The notes under the pieces: model-generated
Told to the model about the DNA's origin: nothing
The model's input: the letters and a program-made list of their open reading frames with translations, nothing else
The model's database searches: none
Made by a program: the position numbers and the translations under genes
Source of the DNA: a virus
Taxonomy: Duplodnaviria > Caudoviricetes
Strand: one strand, 5' to 3'
IMG/VR virus record: IMGVR_UViG_3300048670_000359
Location: 1 to 42,075 of that record
DNA length: 42,075 bases
In this document: positions 41,623 to 42,075 of the stretch, piece after piece
Layout of the letters: each line of letters starts with the position of its first letter
Position numbering within the stretch: the stretch's first letter is position 1

Positions 41623-41939
41623 TTGCTAGGTGTCCACCCTACACTGATTTCTTTAACGCCGCCACTATTAACCCTGCACTCTGGATTGTCACGCAAGAAC
41701 TCATCCATGAATGCTTTGTCATTCCAGCATCCATATCCGAGCTTCTGGCCCCAAAAGTGGTAAGCAGTGCCTGGGATAGTGGCTATCTTTTGCCCAAGTC
41801 CCTCAACAGATTTGTGCCGTTCTTTATTGAACTTAGCAATCTGCTTTGCCTCGACCCTTGCCTGTACTTTGTTTCGCTCCCAGCCCTTGCGAAGCTCAGC
41901 CTCAAGCTGTCCAACCATGTTTTCAGGAATGCTAATCAT
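41619..41939 (-). CDS. Conserved hypothetical protein, allele B (106 aa)
   Basis: Differs from allele A by N>K, K>R and a one-residue deletion, despite many nucleotide changes. Confidence 0.85.
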   Translation of the reverse strand: MISIPENMVGQLEAELRKGWERNKVQARVEAKQIAKFNKERHKSVEGLGQKIATIPGTAYHFWGQKLGYGCWNDKAFMDEFLRDNPECRVNSGGVKEISVGWTPSK

Positions 41940-42075
41940 GTTTTTGGAATAAAAAGTGACTGCTTACGGCAGTCAATCGGAATCTAGTTGGTTAAAGACT
42001 CAATGTTCTTCGTCTTGATGAAATGCCCCCAGTCTCTCCTGAGTGTCACACCATTCGTGGTTGCAATCCACGCAC

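Overview
The window is one essentially complete ~38.9-kb tailed-phage genome (podovirus-like gene set) read slightly more than once around. Positions 1-~2740 recur at 38882-~41621 (offset 38881). The two copies then diverge into two haplotypes that differ by mostly synonymous substitutions and by presence/absence of a 78-aa ORF. Nearly all genes are on the minus strand: terminase, portal, scaffold, DUF5309-type major capsid, adaptor, two tail fibres, two holin-like genes plus a GH108 endolysin, nozzle, DNA-ejection proteins, then replication and accessory genes. A small plus-strand cassette lies at about 11.5-12.25 kb. I recognised no integrase, DNA polymerase, primase or RNA polymerase. The most unusual features are four. 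(1) A small-molecule-type enzyme cassette (SAM methyltransferase, DDxxD isoprenoid-synthase-like protein, PP-loop/PAPS-reductase-like protein, CxxCxxCC Fe-S protein) surrounds the putative pilot/ejection gene and may be a virion-protein prenylation/lipidation system. (2) A DnaB helicase is split into two motif-complete genes 2 kb apart with five genes between them. (3) A tandem, covarying RNA motif lies directly downstream of the capsid gene. (4) A ~300-400-nt hairpin-rich non-coding element lies upstream of terL. All protein calls come from motif recognition by eye; no database searches were run.
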